A DNA stretch of 64,000 nucleotides, taken from Patescibacteria group bacterium (GTDB lineage Bacteria > Patescibacteriota > Minisyncoccia > Phycocordibacterales > UBA9973). The position numbers were made by a program, and so were the translations under genes. Shown here piece by piece: positions 31,199 to 39,365 of the stretch. The DNA lies in contig JBBTYN010000002.1 in NCBI GenBank assembly GCA_038061755.1, positions 79,312 to 143,311 on the forward strand, given 5' to 3'. How positions within the stretch are numbered: the stretch's first letter is position 1; each line of letters starts with the position of its first letter. The notes beneath the pieces were generated by a model. It saw only the letters and a program-made list of their open reading frames with translations. It was not told the DNA's origin and ran no database searches.

Positions 31199-33238
31199 AT
31201 GTCAAAAGATTTAACAAAAAAAAAATCTGCTATTGAAAAAAATAAGTTCATTCTAGCGAGGACTGTCCTAGCTAGTGTGTTTGTTTTGTTCGTCTTGATA
31301 GGAATTTTTAGTCCGCTGACGAAAGTAAATGCTGCTGCTGACCCAAAACAATTAAATTTTCAAACCGCAATAGATGAACAAATATGTCTTTCTTGGGATG
31401 GTGGTCTTTCTCCTGGTGCATGTCTAGTGCAATTTTCATATTACCTGCTATATGTAATTCCGGCTTTTTTGCTGACAATGGCTGCTATATTTTTCAATAT
31501 CCTAATATCTATTACTTTAGGCAGTACGCTTCTTAAGTCAACCTTTATTTCTGACGCATGGGCAGTAGTTCGCGACCTTTCTAATATGTTCTTCATACTT
31601 ATTTTACTTTATATAGCCATTAAAGTTATTTTGGGAATGAGCGGATCTGAAGTTAAAAAAATGATAGGAAATGTCGTGATAATGGCGCTTCTTATAAATT
31701 TTTCTATGTTTTTTACTCAAGTGATTATTGATTCTTCAAATATATTGGCTTTAATTTTTTACAATAAGTTAAGCCCAACGTCTCAATACACCACAATAAC
31801 TGGAGAAAAAGATATTGCGGGTGGCTTAGTTCAAGCCTTTAACCCCACAGCCTCTTTGAGTCCAAATTTTTTTATAGCAGCTAAGGCAACACAAATACCA
31901 GACCCAGACGATCCTACCAAAACCATAACAAAAAAAGAAGACAAAGTGCCACTCGGAATGATGGTAGGAATTATTCTTGTTACTGGATTAGTTTTACTTT
32001 TTGCCACATATGCATTATTTGTGTCAGGACTATACTTCGTGGGCAGATTAATTGAGCTTTTTGTCTTAATTGTTTTCTCTCCTTTTGCTTTTATGTCTTG
32101 GACAATACCAAAATTCGCAGGTATAGACTACATAGGATGGGACGCTTGGCTTAAACGCCTTATCACGGCATCATTTATGGCGCCGATTTTTATGTTCTTT
32201 TTATATTTTATATTTATGGTAGTGAAAGCAAATATATTCAGTGATTCTGTATTAACAGGTCAAGGTATAATAATAATGTTATTACGTATGGCAATCCCAG
32301 CATTGGTAATTTTGGTTTTGCTTCTTCAAGCAGTCAAATTTGCCAAGAAAGGCTCCGGAATGTTTGGGGAAATGGTAATGAAAGGCGCAAAGATGGTAGG
32401 CGGGGTGGCCTTGGGGGCAACAGTAGGTGGGTTAGCAGTCGCTGGACGAGCAAGTGTTGGTAGAGCAGGGGCAGCTATGGCAAATTCAGAATGGACAAGG
32501 AAACGAGAAGCTGCAGGAAAATTTGGTTCTGGGGTATTTAGAGATGTAACAAAAAAAATGGGTACAGGTAGCTTTGATATTAGGGGAGCAAAAATTGGTG
32601 GTCAAACCTTAGCTTCTGCTACGGGTATGAAAGTTGGTGAAGCGCAAAAAGGTGGTTTTGCAGAGAAAAGAGAAAAGGATGTAAAGAAGAGAGTGGAAAG
32701 AGCTAAAGAAATTGAAGTTGGAGAGGATGAACATTTGAAACAAGCATTAAATACAACAGAAGCAAATCTACAGGGACTTCTAAGTGCAAATGCAAAAGAA
32801 ATTGAGACACTTGATAAAACAATTGAAAAGAAAAGACAAGAAGCAATTGACGCAGAAAGAGACTTTAAGGCTGGAACAATCACACAAACAGATTTACAAA
32901 CAAAAACAAATGAACTGAAGAATGCAAAAGATAATAAAAAGGATTTTGTAAAGGGAAATGAATATATGACCACAGATAGTGCTGGTATAGCCTCAATCAA
33001 AAAAGGAACTGGGGTAAATATTGATGCCTTAGAAAAACTTAAAAAAGATCAAGTTCAAGATATAAAAACAGAAAATGTAATAAGAAGACAGGCTTATGCT
33101 ACTAAATTAGAAGGTGGTGGAAATAGAGCTTTAAATTTTGTATTCAGTGGAGGTCAGTATGCCTTAAAGCGTGGTGCTAATGAGGCTGCACATAAAATAA
33201 GAACTGAAGTTAAATTAGACAGTGGAACAAAGGCATAA
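31199..33238 (+). CDS. Polytopic membrane protein, VirB6/TrbL-like candidate of a T4SS-like cluster, with a C-terminal charged coiled-coil tail
   Basis: At least 8 predicted TM helices over about 400 aa, then a K/E-rich tail. It lies in a cluster with VirB4 and PrgI-like genes; the assignment is by architecture and context only. Confidence 0.45.
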   Translation: MSKDLTKKKSAIEKNKFILARTVLASVFVLFVLIGIFSPLTKVNAAADPKQLNFQTAIDEQICLSWDGGLSPGACLVQFSYYLLYVIPAFLLTMAAIFFNILISITLGSTLLKSTFISDAWAVVRDLSNMFFILILLYIAIKVILGMSGSEVKKMIGNVVIMALLINFSMFFTQVIIDSSNILALIFYNKLSPTSQYTTITGEKDIAGGLVQAFNPTASLSPNFFIAAKATQIPDPDDPTKTITKKEDKVPLGMMVGIILVTGLVLLFATYALFVSGLYFVGRLIELFVLIVFSPFAFMSWTIPKFAGIDYIGWDAWLKRLITASFMAPIFMFFLYFIFMVVKANIFSDSVLTGQGIIIMLLRMAIPALVILVLLLQAVKFAKKGSGMFGEMVMKGAKMVGGVALGATVGGLAVAGRASVGRAGAAMANSEWTRKREAAGKFGSGVFRDVTKKMGTGSFDIRGAKIGGQTLASATGMKVGEAQKGGFAEKREKDVKKRVERAKEIEVGEDEHLKQALNTTEANLQGLLSANAKEIETLDKTIEKKRQEAIDAERDFKAGTITQTDLQTKTNELKNAKDNKKDFVKGNEYMTTDSAGIASIKKGTGVNIDALEKLKKDQVQDIKTENVIRRQAYATKLEGGGNRALNFVFSGGQYALKRGANEAAHKIRTEVKLDSGTKA

Positions 33239-33242
33239 AAAT

Positions 33243-33716
33243 ATGACGGACAAATTAAAACAAACAATTAAAGACGAAGTGGAAAAATTACCAAAAGAAA
33301 ATCAAGAAGTGATTAATAATTTTGGTTGGGAAAAAATTACGGAAGAAGTTGGAAAGAAGTTTTTACTTTCGGATAATGAAATAAATGATTTTCAAGTAGA
33401 AACTTTAATTATTTTAGTTGGATTAGAAGATATTGATTTTTACGCGAGTAATATAGAAAACAATGTCGGCACCAGCAAGGATGAAGCGAAAAAAATTACT
33501 GATGAAGTAATTCAAAAAATATTTACCCCAATTAATGACATCCTAGTAGAAAACATTAAAAAAAGCGACAAGCTAAAAAATACAAACGTAGAACAAAATC
33601 TTAATTTTATTCTTTCCGGTGGAGATTATACGGCCTTTTTGGATGTCCCACGCCTTATTGATGAGGGAGCAGGAGAAAATGAAACAGTTTTACCGGTCTT
33701 TTTTATTAAAAAATAA
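33243..33716 (+). CDS. Hypothetical acidic protein (paralog of the next gene)
   Basis: Shares with 33731..34306 an N-terminal LPxExQxxIN motif and a similar layout. The start is taken at the internal Met (MTDKLKQ). Confidence 0.45.
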   Translation: MTDKLKQTIKDEVEKLPKENQEVINNFGWEKITEEVGKKFLLSDNEINDFQVETLIILVGLEDIDFYASNIENNVGTSKDEAKKITDEVIQKIFTPINDILVENIKKSDKLKNTNVEQNLNFILSGGDYTAFLDVPRLIDEGAGENETVLPVFFIKK

Positions 33717-33730
33717 TATATAATAACAAC

Positions 33731-34306
33731 ATGGAAGACACAACAGATTTATTACAAATAAAAATTGAGAAGGCAAAAATGCAATTGCCAGAAGAAACCC
33801 AAAACGCAATCAATGCTGTTGATTATAAAGCGGTTATTTTAGAAATGAGAAAAAAAAAAGGATATAGTTTTGAACAATTAGGAGACCTAGAAACTGAAAC
33901 AGAATTATTGCTTTGCGGGCTTCTTAGTCCAGAAAATTATCCAAAAGAATTAGGAAACAGGATGCATCTTTCAGGTAATGAAGTTAATGAATTAGTAAAA
34001 GAAATGAATAATCGTGTTTTTGCAAAAATAAAAGAAAACTTGGTAAAAAGGACAGAAGAAAAAAAAGAAGAAAATGATGATATGCAAATATTACATTCTG
34101 CTGGAATTGAGATTATTCCTGAAAAAAAAGAATTAACAACACCCACGCCTCCAATCTTGGCACAAAAATTATCCGGTTATGTTAAAAATGAAGTAGTGGA
34201 AACAGAACATTCTCTAGAAAATATCACAAAAATAAGTATGCCAACTCCACCAATTACTAAAACAAGCAAAATAACTATAGATCCATATAGAGAAATTCCT
34301 GAATAA
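33731..34306 (+). CDS. Hypothetical acidic protein (paralog of the previous gene)
   Basis: MEDTTDLLQIKIEKAKMQLPEETQNAINAV... No recognisable family. Confidence 0.45.
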   Translation: MEDTTDLLQIKIEKAKMQLPEETQNAINAVDYKAVILEMRKKKGYSFEQLGDLETETELLLCGLLSPENYPKELGNRMHLSGNEVNELVKEMNNRVFAKIKENLVKRTEEKKEENDDMQILHSAGIEIIPEKKELTTPTPPILAQKLSGYVKNEVVETEHSLENITKISMPTPPITKTSKITIDPYREIPE

Positions 34307-34312
34307 CAAAGC

Positions 34313-34391
34313 AATTACGAATTATCAATTACGAATTACGAATTAAAAAAACAAAAAAATTAAAAATCAGTAATTACGAATTACGAATTTG
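34313..34391 (+). repeat. Array of AATTACG heptamer repeats (direct orientation) upstream of the four-helix-bundle gene
   Basis: The array reads aattacgaattatcaattacgaattacgaattaaaaaa...agtaattacgaattacgaattt. Confidence 0.7.
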
Positions 34392-34751
34392 AAAGAAAAT
34401 ATTATACAACAAAAAAGTTATGTATTTGCAATAAAAATTATTGAATTATATAAATACTTAATTGGAACAAAAAAAGAATTTATTTTATCAAAACAACTTT
34501 TGAGAAGTGGAACGTCAATAGGAGCAAACATAGAAGAAGCATTAGGTGGTCAATCAAGAAAAGATTTTATCTCAAAATTATCTATAGCCTATAAAGAAGC
34601 TCGAGAAACAAAATACTGGCTCTCTTTATTAAGGGAAGCAAAATATATGACTCAAGAAGAATTGAATCCTGTTTTTGATAATTGTGAGGAAATATTAAAA
34701 ATAATAGGTAAAATTCAAAAAACATCAAAAGAAAATGGGGTTAATTCGTAA
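34389..34751 (+). CDS. Four-helix-bundle protein (TIGR02436 / 23S rRNA IVS protein / DGR Avd-like family)
   Basis: 120 aa with ...SKQLLRSGTSIGANIEEALGGQSRKDFISKLSIAYKEARETKYWLSLL..., matching the sQl.RsatSI.aNIaEG...s.kdF...l.iA..e..Et..wl.l motif. TTG start. The gene lies inside heptamer-repeat arms. Confidence 0.75.
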   Translation: MKENIIQQKSYVFAIKIIELYKYLIGTKKEFILSKQLLRSGTSIGANIEEALGGQSRKDFISKLSIAYKEARETKYWLSLLREAKYMTQEELNPVFDNCEEILKIIGKIQKTSKENGVNS

Positions 34752-34790
34752 TTGATTATATAATGTTCTATAATGTAGTAGTGGGTTGCT

Positions 34791-34826
34791 AATTCGTAAT
34801 TCGTAATTCGTAATTTATAATTGATT
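34791..34826 (+). repeat. Inverted-orientation heptamer array (AATTCGT x3) plus conserved leader aatttataattgattcatATG
   Basis: Reverse complement of the upstream AATTACG array. Together the arrays form the arms of a hairpin whose loop is the 4HB gene. A second partial copy (aattcgtaattgat) overlaps the 4HB stop codon at 34743-34756. Confidence 0.7.
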
Positions 34827-34829
34827 CAT

Positions 34830-35273
34830 ATGCAGTTTAAAGTTCCACAATTTTTAGACATAGAAGACAAAATATTCGGCCCTTTCACTTTTAGGGAATT
34901 TGTTTATTTGGCTGGTGGAGCAGGCTTGTGTTTTATTCTTTATAAATTGCTAGGTCTTATTTTAGGAGCCATACCAATTTTAATTGTGGCAGGATTTTCG
35001 CTCGCTCTTACTTTTTATAAACCAAACAATAAACCATTCCTTAACATAATTGAATCTAGTTTTAAATACTTTACCAAAAACAAACTTTATATTTGGAAAA
35101 AAGGCAAAAGCCACGCTTCAATGGACGGTGTGCGACATGATTTCACTAAATCAGATATAAACAAAGTTCAAATAATACATTCTAGTAATTTACAATTAAA
35201 TGGAAGCAAGTTACGGGACTTAGCTTGGAGTTTGGATGTATTAGATTTAAGTAAACAACAGGGAAAAAATTAA
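34830..35273 (+). CDS. PrgI/VirB3-like small membrane protein
   Basis: MQFKVPQFLDIEDKIFGPFTFREFVYLAGGAGLCFILYKLL..., a two-TM hairpin architecture typical of the PrgI family, immediately upstream of the VirB4 genes. The ATG start is at 34830. Confidence 0.5.
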   Translation: MQFKVPQFLDIEDKIFGPFTFREFVYLAGGAGLCFILYKLLGLILGAIPILIVAGFSLALTFYKPNNKPFLNIIESSFKYFTKNKLYIWKKGKSHASMDGVRHDFTKSDINKVQIIHSSNLQLNGSKLRDLAWSLDVLDLSKQQGKN

Positions 35274-35282
35274 GAATTAGCA

Positions 35283-35378
35283 ATTACGAATTACGAATGA
35301 AAAATACAGATTACAAATTAAAAGATTATGAGTTGCGAATTAAATTCGTAATTCGCAATTCGTAATTTAAAATTGATT
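35283..35378 (+). repeat. Intergenic hairpin made of heptamer repeats (direct AATTACG arm, 43-nt loop, inverted AATTCGT arm) plus the conserved leader before the next ATG
   Basis: aattacgaattacgaatg...(loop)...aattcgtaattcgcaattcgtaatttaaaattgattcaaATG. This is the same architecture as the arms flanking the 4HB gene, but with an empty loop. Confidence 0.7.
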
Positions 35379-35381
35379 CAA

Positions 35382-36020
35382 ATGGCCTTAAAAGCAAAAG
35401 CAACTCAAGAATTTGTGCCAATCAAGGAAGTTCGCGATGGAATAGTCGTGCTAAAAAACGACGAATTACGGGCTATCGTGCTGGCTAATTCTGTAAATCT
35501 ATCTCTAAAATCTTCTGATGAACAACAAGCAACAATAATGCAATTTCAAAATTTTCTTAATACCTTAGATTTTTCTGTGCAAATATCAATCCAATCAAGA
35601 AGGCTAAACATTAGGCCTTATCTTTTGCTTTTGGAAGACAGAATAAAGGTTCAAAATGAACCCCTTTTAAAATTACAAACTAGAGAATATATAGAATTTA
35701 TTAAAAATTTTACTGATTCAGTGGCAATAATGACAAAAAACTTTTTTGTAGTAGTTCCATACACCCATACTACTTTAAAATCAGACTCTGGAATACTGGA
35801 TAAAATATTTTCAAGAAAAAATAAAGAGGAGATAAAAGTTGCAAAACAAATAGATTTTGAAGAAAAAAGGTCTCAATTGGAAGAAAGAGTAGCTGTTATT
35901 CAGCAAGGACTCTCCCGTTGTGGTATAAATTCAGCTCAACTTGGTACTGAAGAAGTAGTGGAAGTATTTTATAAAGTTTTCAACCCGGGGGAAATAGAAG
36001 GAAAAATTAAATTAGAATAA
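35382..36020 (+). CDS. VirB4/TrbE N-terminal-domain protein (split from the ATPase)
   Basis: EFVPIKEVRDGIVVLKNDELRAIVLANSVNLSLKSSDEQQATIMQFQNFLNTLDFSVQI resembles the VirB4 N-domain. The ORF ends 28 nt before the ATPase ORF. Confidence 0.5.
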   Translation: MALKAKATQEFVPIKEVRDGIVVLKNDELRAIVLANSVNLSLKSSDEQQATIMQFQNFLNTLDFSVQISIQSRRLNIRPYLLLLEDRIKVQNEPLLKLQTREYIEFIKNFTDSVAIMTKNFFVVVPYTHTTLKSDSGILDKIFSRKNKEEIKVAKQIDFEEKRSQLEERVAVIQQGLSRCGINSAQLGTEEVVEVFYKVFNPGEIEGKIKLE

Positions 36021-36048
36021 TCTACGAGCTTAACGCCACAAAAATTAT

Positions 36049-37899
36049 ATGGATTTTTTTAAAAAATTATTTGGAAAAGAAAAAAAGACTGAAAGTGAAG
36101 AAATACGAACTTCTGTTTTGGCTGTCTTGCCAGAAAAAATTTACGAATCTGCAAATTTGGAACTTCAAGATATCATTGCCCCATCAGCCTTAAAAATCGA
36201 CCCGAAATCTATAAACCTAGGTAGCAAAATAGCCCGCACTTTTTTTATAATATCTTATCCAAGGTTTTTAACAGATAATTGGTTTTCTCCAATAATTAAT
36301 TTAGATAAAATTTTTGATATTTCAATATTCGTTCACCCCATAGACACTTCTCTTGTTCTGCGACAATTTCAAAAAAAAGTTGCCGAAGTCCAAAGTCAAA
36401 TAAGTGTTCGAGAATCAAAAGGAATGGTGCGTGACCCAATGTTGGACACTGCCTATGAAGACTTAGAAGGGCTTCGTAATAATTTAATTCAAGCACAAGA
36501 AAAAATGTTTGATGTCGGTATTTATATCACAATTTATGCAGATAATGAATTGGAATTATATAAAATAGAAAATGAAATAAAATCAATGCTTGAATCAAAG
36601 CTAATATATATCAAACCGGCTCTTTTTCAGCAAGAAGAAGGTTTTAAAAGTGTCATTCCAATAGAAACAGACCTATTAAACATCCACCAAAAATTAAATT
36701 CTGAGCCCCTTTCTAGCGTTTTTCCATTTATTTCTTCTGATCTTACTTCAGACAAAGGAATACTTTATGGCATTAATAGACATAACTCGTCCCTCGTTAT
36801 CTTCGATAGATTCAGCTTGGAAAATTATAACTCAGTAACATTTGCTAAATCAGGTTCTGGAAAATCTTATGCGACAAAATTAGAAATTCTAAGATCCTTA
36901 ATGTTTGATACTGATGTTATCGTAATAGATCCAGAAAGAGAATATGAATTCTTGGCTGAAGCTGTCGGTGGACGATATTTTAACATTTCGCTCTCTTCCG
37001 ATCATCACTTGAATCCTTTTGACTTGCCGATACCTCGCGAAGACGAAACAGCTGAAGATGTTTTACGTTCAAATATCATTAATTTAGTAGGGCTTTTTAG
37101 ACTAATGCTAGGTGGGCTCACTCCAGAAGAAGATTCGATGGTAGACCGAGCTATTTCAGAAACTTATGCAATGAAAGATATAACGCCAGAATCAGATTTT
37201 TCAAATATTGAACCACCTCTTCTTTCAGATTTTGAAATGGTGCTCGGAGGAATGGAAGGAAGTGATTCAGTCATTGCTAGATTAGCAAAATACACCAGAG
37301 GTTCTTGGGCAACTTTTTTAAACAGACCGTCTAACGTGGATATTAATAAAAAATTCGTGGTATTTTCTGTTCGTGATATGGAAGACGAATTAAAACCAGT
37401 AGCAATGTATATTATTATGCATTATATTTGGAATGCAATAAGAAAGAATCTTAAAAAAAGACTTCTAGTGGTGGATGAAGCTTGGTGGATGATGAAATCA
37501 GAAGATACAGCCTCGTTCTTATACTCTATTGCAAAAAGAGGCAGAAAATATTACTTAGGTCTTTCCACTATCACTCAAGATGCGGCAGACTTTATGAAAT
37601 CTCCCTATGGAGTGCCAATAATTACCAATTCCTCCATTCAACTTCTTTTAAAACAATCACCTACCACAATTGATATTTTGCAAAAAACTTTTAATCTTAC
37701 TGATGAAGAAAAGTATTTACTTTTGGAGTCTGGATTAGGAGAGGGTATATTTTTCGCCGGATTAAAACATGTTGCTATAAAAATAGTTTCTTCTTATACG
37801 GAAGACCAAATCATTACCTCTGATCCTTCACAACTATTATTAAACAAAAAGGCCAAAGAGGAACAAGAAGCAAAAGCGACAGCGACAGCAGGGAAGTAG
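36049..37899 (+). CDS. VirB4/TraC/TrbE-family type IV secretion ATPase (ATPase domain)
   Basis: Walker A AKSGSGKSYATK, Walker B LLVVDEAWWMM and GRKYYLGLSTITQ. The size and motifs match the VirB4 C-terminal two thirds. Confidence 0.8.
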   Translation: MDFFKKLFGKEKKTESEEIRTSVLAVLPEKIYESANLELQDIIAPSALKIDPKSINLGSKIARTFFIISYPRFLTDNWFSPIINLDKIFDISIFVHPIDTSLVLRQFQKKVAEVQSQISVRESKGMVRDPMLDTAYEDLEGLRNNLIQAQEKMFDVGIYITIYADNELELYKIENEIKSMLESKLIYIKPALFQQEEGFKSVIPIETDLLNIHQKLNSEPLSSVFPFISSDLTSDKGILYGINRHNSSLVIFDRFSLENYNSVTFAKSGSGKSYATKLEILRSLMFDTDVIVIDPEREYEFLAEAVGGRYFNISLSSDHHLNPFDLPIPREDETAEDVLRSNIINLVGLFRLMLGGLTPEEDSMVDRAISETYAMKDITPESDFSNIEPPLLSDFEMVLGGMEGSDSVIARLAKYTRGSWATFLNRPSNVDINKKFVVFSVRDMEDELKPVAMYIIMHYIWNAIRKNLKKRLLVVDEAWWMMKSEDTASFLYSIAKRGRKYYLGLSTITQDAADFMKSPYGVPIITNSSIQLLLKQSPTTIDILQKTFNLTDEEKYLLLESGLGEGIFFAGLKHVAIKIVSSYTEDQIITSDPSQLLLNKKAKEEQEAKATATAGK

Positions 37900-37917
37900 G
37901 TATGATATAATTAGGTC

Positions 37918-38898
37918 ATGAAATTAAGATTTTTATTATTAAGTTTTATTACACTAATAATATTAGGAACTTTTTTGCCACTAAAAGTAAGGGCTACCTC
38001 TATTGATATCTTTGTTAATATAACTCCAGAAAACCCAGATCCTGGTGAAAACGTAAATATTACTTTGAAAAGCTATGTTAACAACTTAGATATTGTTTTA
38101 ATCTCTTGGTCTGTGAATGGTAAAAAAGTTTCTTCTGGAATTGGTCAGAAATCTTTTTCTATTACTGCTCCAAGGGCTGGAGAGGAGACAAATGTTATAG
38201 CCACCACCTCTCTGCCAGATGGAACAGTAGATACAAAAATAATAATAAGACCTTTAGTAATGATATTGCTCTACCAAGCAATGGATTCTTATGTTCCTCC
38301 TTTTTACAAAGGTAAAGCATTGCCATCCCCTGATAGTAAAGTAAAAATTGTAGCTCTACCAGAAATAAAGTCGGGCTCTAATTTGGTAGATCCTAAAAAT
38401 TTAACTTACACGTGGACAAAAGATTATAACAATAATCAAGATGATTCAGGTTATGGAAAAAATTCTCTTACTTATATAAACGACTATCTTGATAATTCAA
38501 ACAATATTGGGGTAACAGCTGGAACAACGGATCAAAAATATTCATCAACAGGAAGTATCAATGTAGGAATGACAGAACCAAAAATTATATTTTATAAAAA
38601 TGATGCAAAACTAGGAACAATTTGGGAACAGGCGCTTTCTGATGGGTATAAAATAATAGGTGATGAAATTATAGAAGCGGCACCATATTTTATATCACCA
38701 AGCGATATAAGAATTCCAACGCTTACTTGGGATTGGTTTATAAATGACGAAACAGTCAATGCGCCAATTTATAGAAAAAACACTCTGCCACTCAAAGCAC
38801 AAGCTGGAACCTCAGGAACATCTAAAATAAGATTGGAAATTAATAATAAATACAAAATTTTTCAAAATACAGTTAAAGAAATTAATGTGGACTTTTAG
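37918..38898 (+). CDS. Secreted hypothetical protein of the T4SS-like cluster
   Basis: Signal peptide MKLRFLLLSFITLIILGTFLPLKVRA. No family recognised. Confidence 0.5.
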   Translation: MKLRFLLLSFITLIILGTFLPLKVRATSIDIFVNITPENPDPGENVNITLKSYVNNLDIVLISWSVNGKKVSSGIGQKSFSITAPRAGEETNVIATTSLPDGTVDTKIIIRPLVMILLYQAMDSYVPPFYKGKALPSPDSKVKIVALPEIKSGSNLVDPKNLTYTWTKDYNNNQDDSGYGKNSLTYINDYLDNSNNIGVTAGTTDQKYSSTGSINVGMTEPKIIFYKNDAKLGTIWEQALSDGYKIIGDEIIEAAPYFISPSDIRIPTLTWDWFINDETVNAPIYRKNTLPLKAQAGTSGTSKIRLEINNKYKIFQNTVKEINVDF

Positions 38899-38899
38899 T

Positions 38900-39355
38900 A
38901 TGAAAAAATATTTATCTTACATTTTAATACTAATCGTTCTAATTGGTTTTATGACTCCTATTTATTTTAGTTTGGCTGAAAACTATAATCTTTTAGCTCC
39001 TTTGCCTAAAACTGATGGAACAACAATGAGTAGTTATCCTACGCAGGATGGAAACTTGAGCGTTTATTTAAACTTAATGATAAAACTCTTCATCGGCATC
39101 TGCGCTGTTTTAGCTGTGATAATGATTGTAATGGGTGGAATTGAATATATGACAAGCGAATTACCTGGAATGAAAAGCGAAGGCAAGGAAAGAATTAGAA
39201 ATGCGATTTTTGGGCTTCTTTTAGCTCTTGGTGCTTGGACGCTTCTTAATACAATCAATCCAAACCTACTCAAGACTAATATTGTGCCACCTGTAAAAAC
39301 TATTGTATGTACCCCTCCAGCAGTTTTAAAGAATGGTCAATGTGTTAATCCATAA
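38900..39355 (+). CDS. VirB2/TrbC-like pilin candidate
   Basis: Signal peptide, then two hydrophobic helices (LFIGICAVLAVIMIVMGGIEYM and AIFGLLLALGAWTLLNTI), which is the VirB2-type pilin architecture. The start is taken at MKKYLSYIL. Confidence 0.4.
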   Translation: MKKYLSYILILIVLIGFMTPIYFSLAENYNLLAPLPKTDGTTMSSYPTQDGNLSVYLNLMIKLFIGICAVLAVIMIVMGGIEYMTSELPGMKSEGKERIRNAIFGLLLALGAWTLLNTINPNLLKTNIVPPVKTIVCTPPAVLKNGQCVNP

Positions 39356-39365
39356 TAAATAATAT

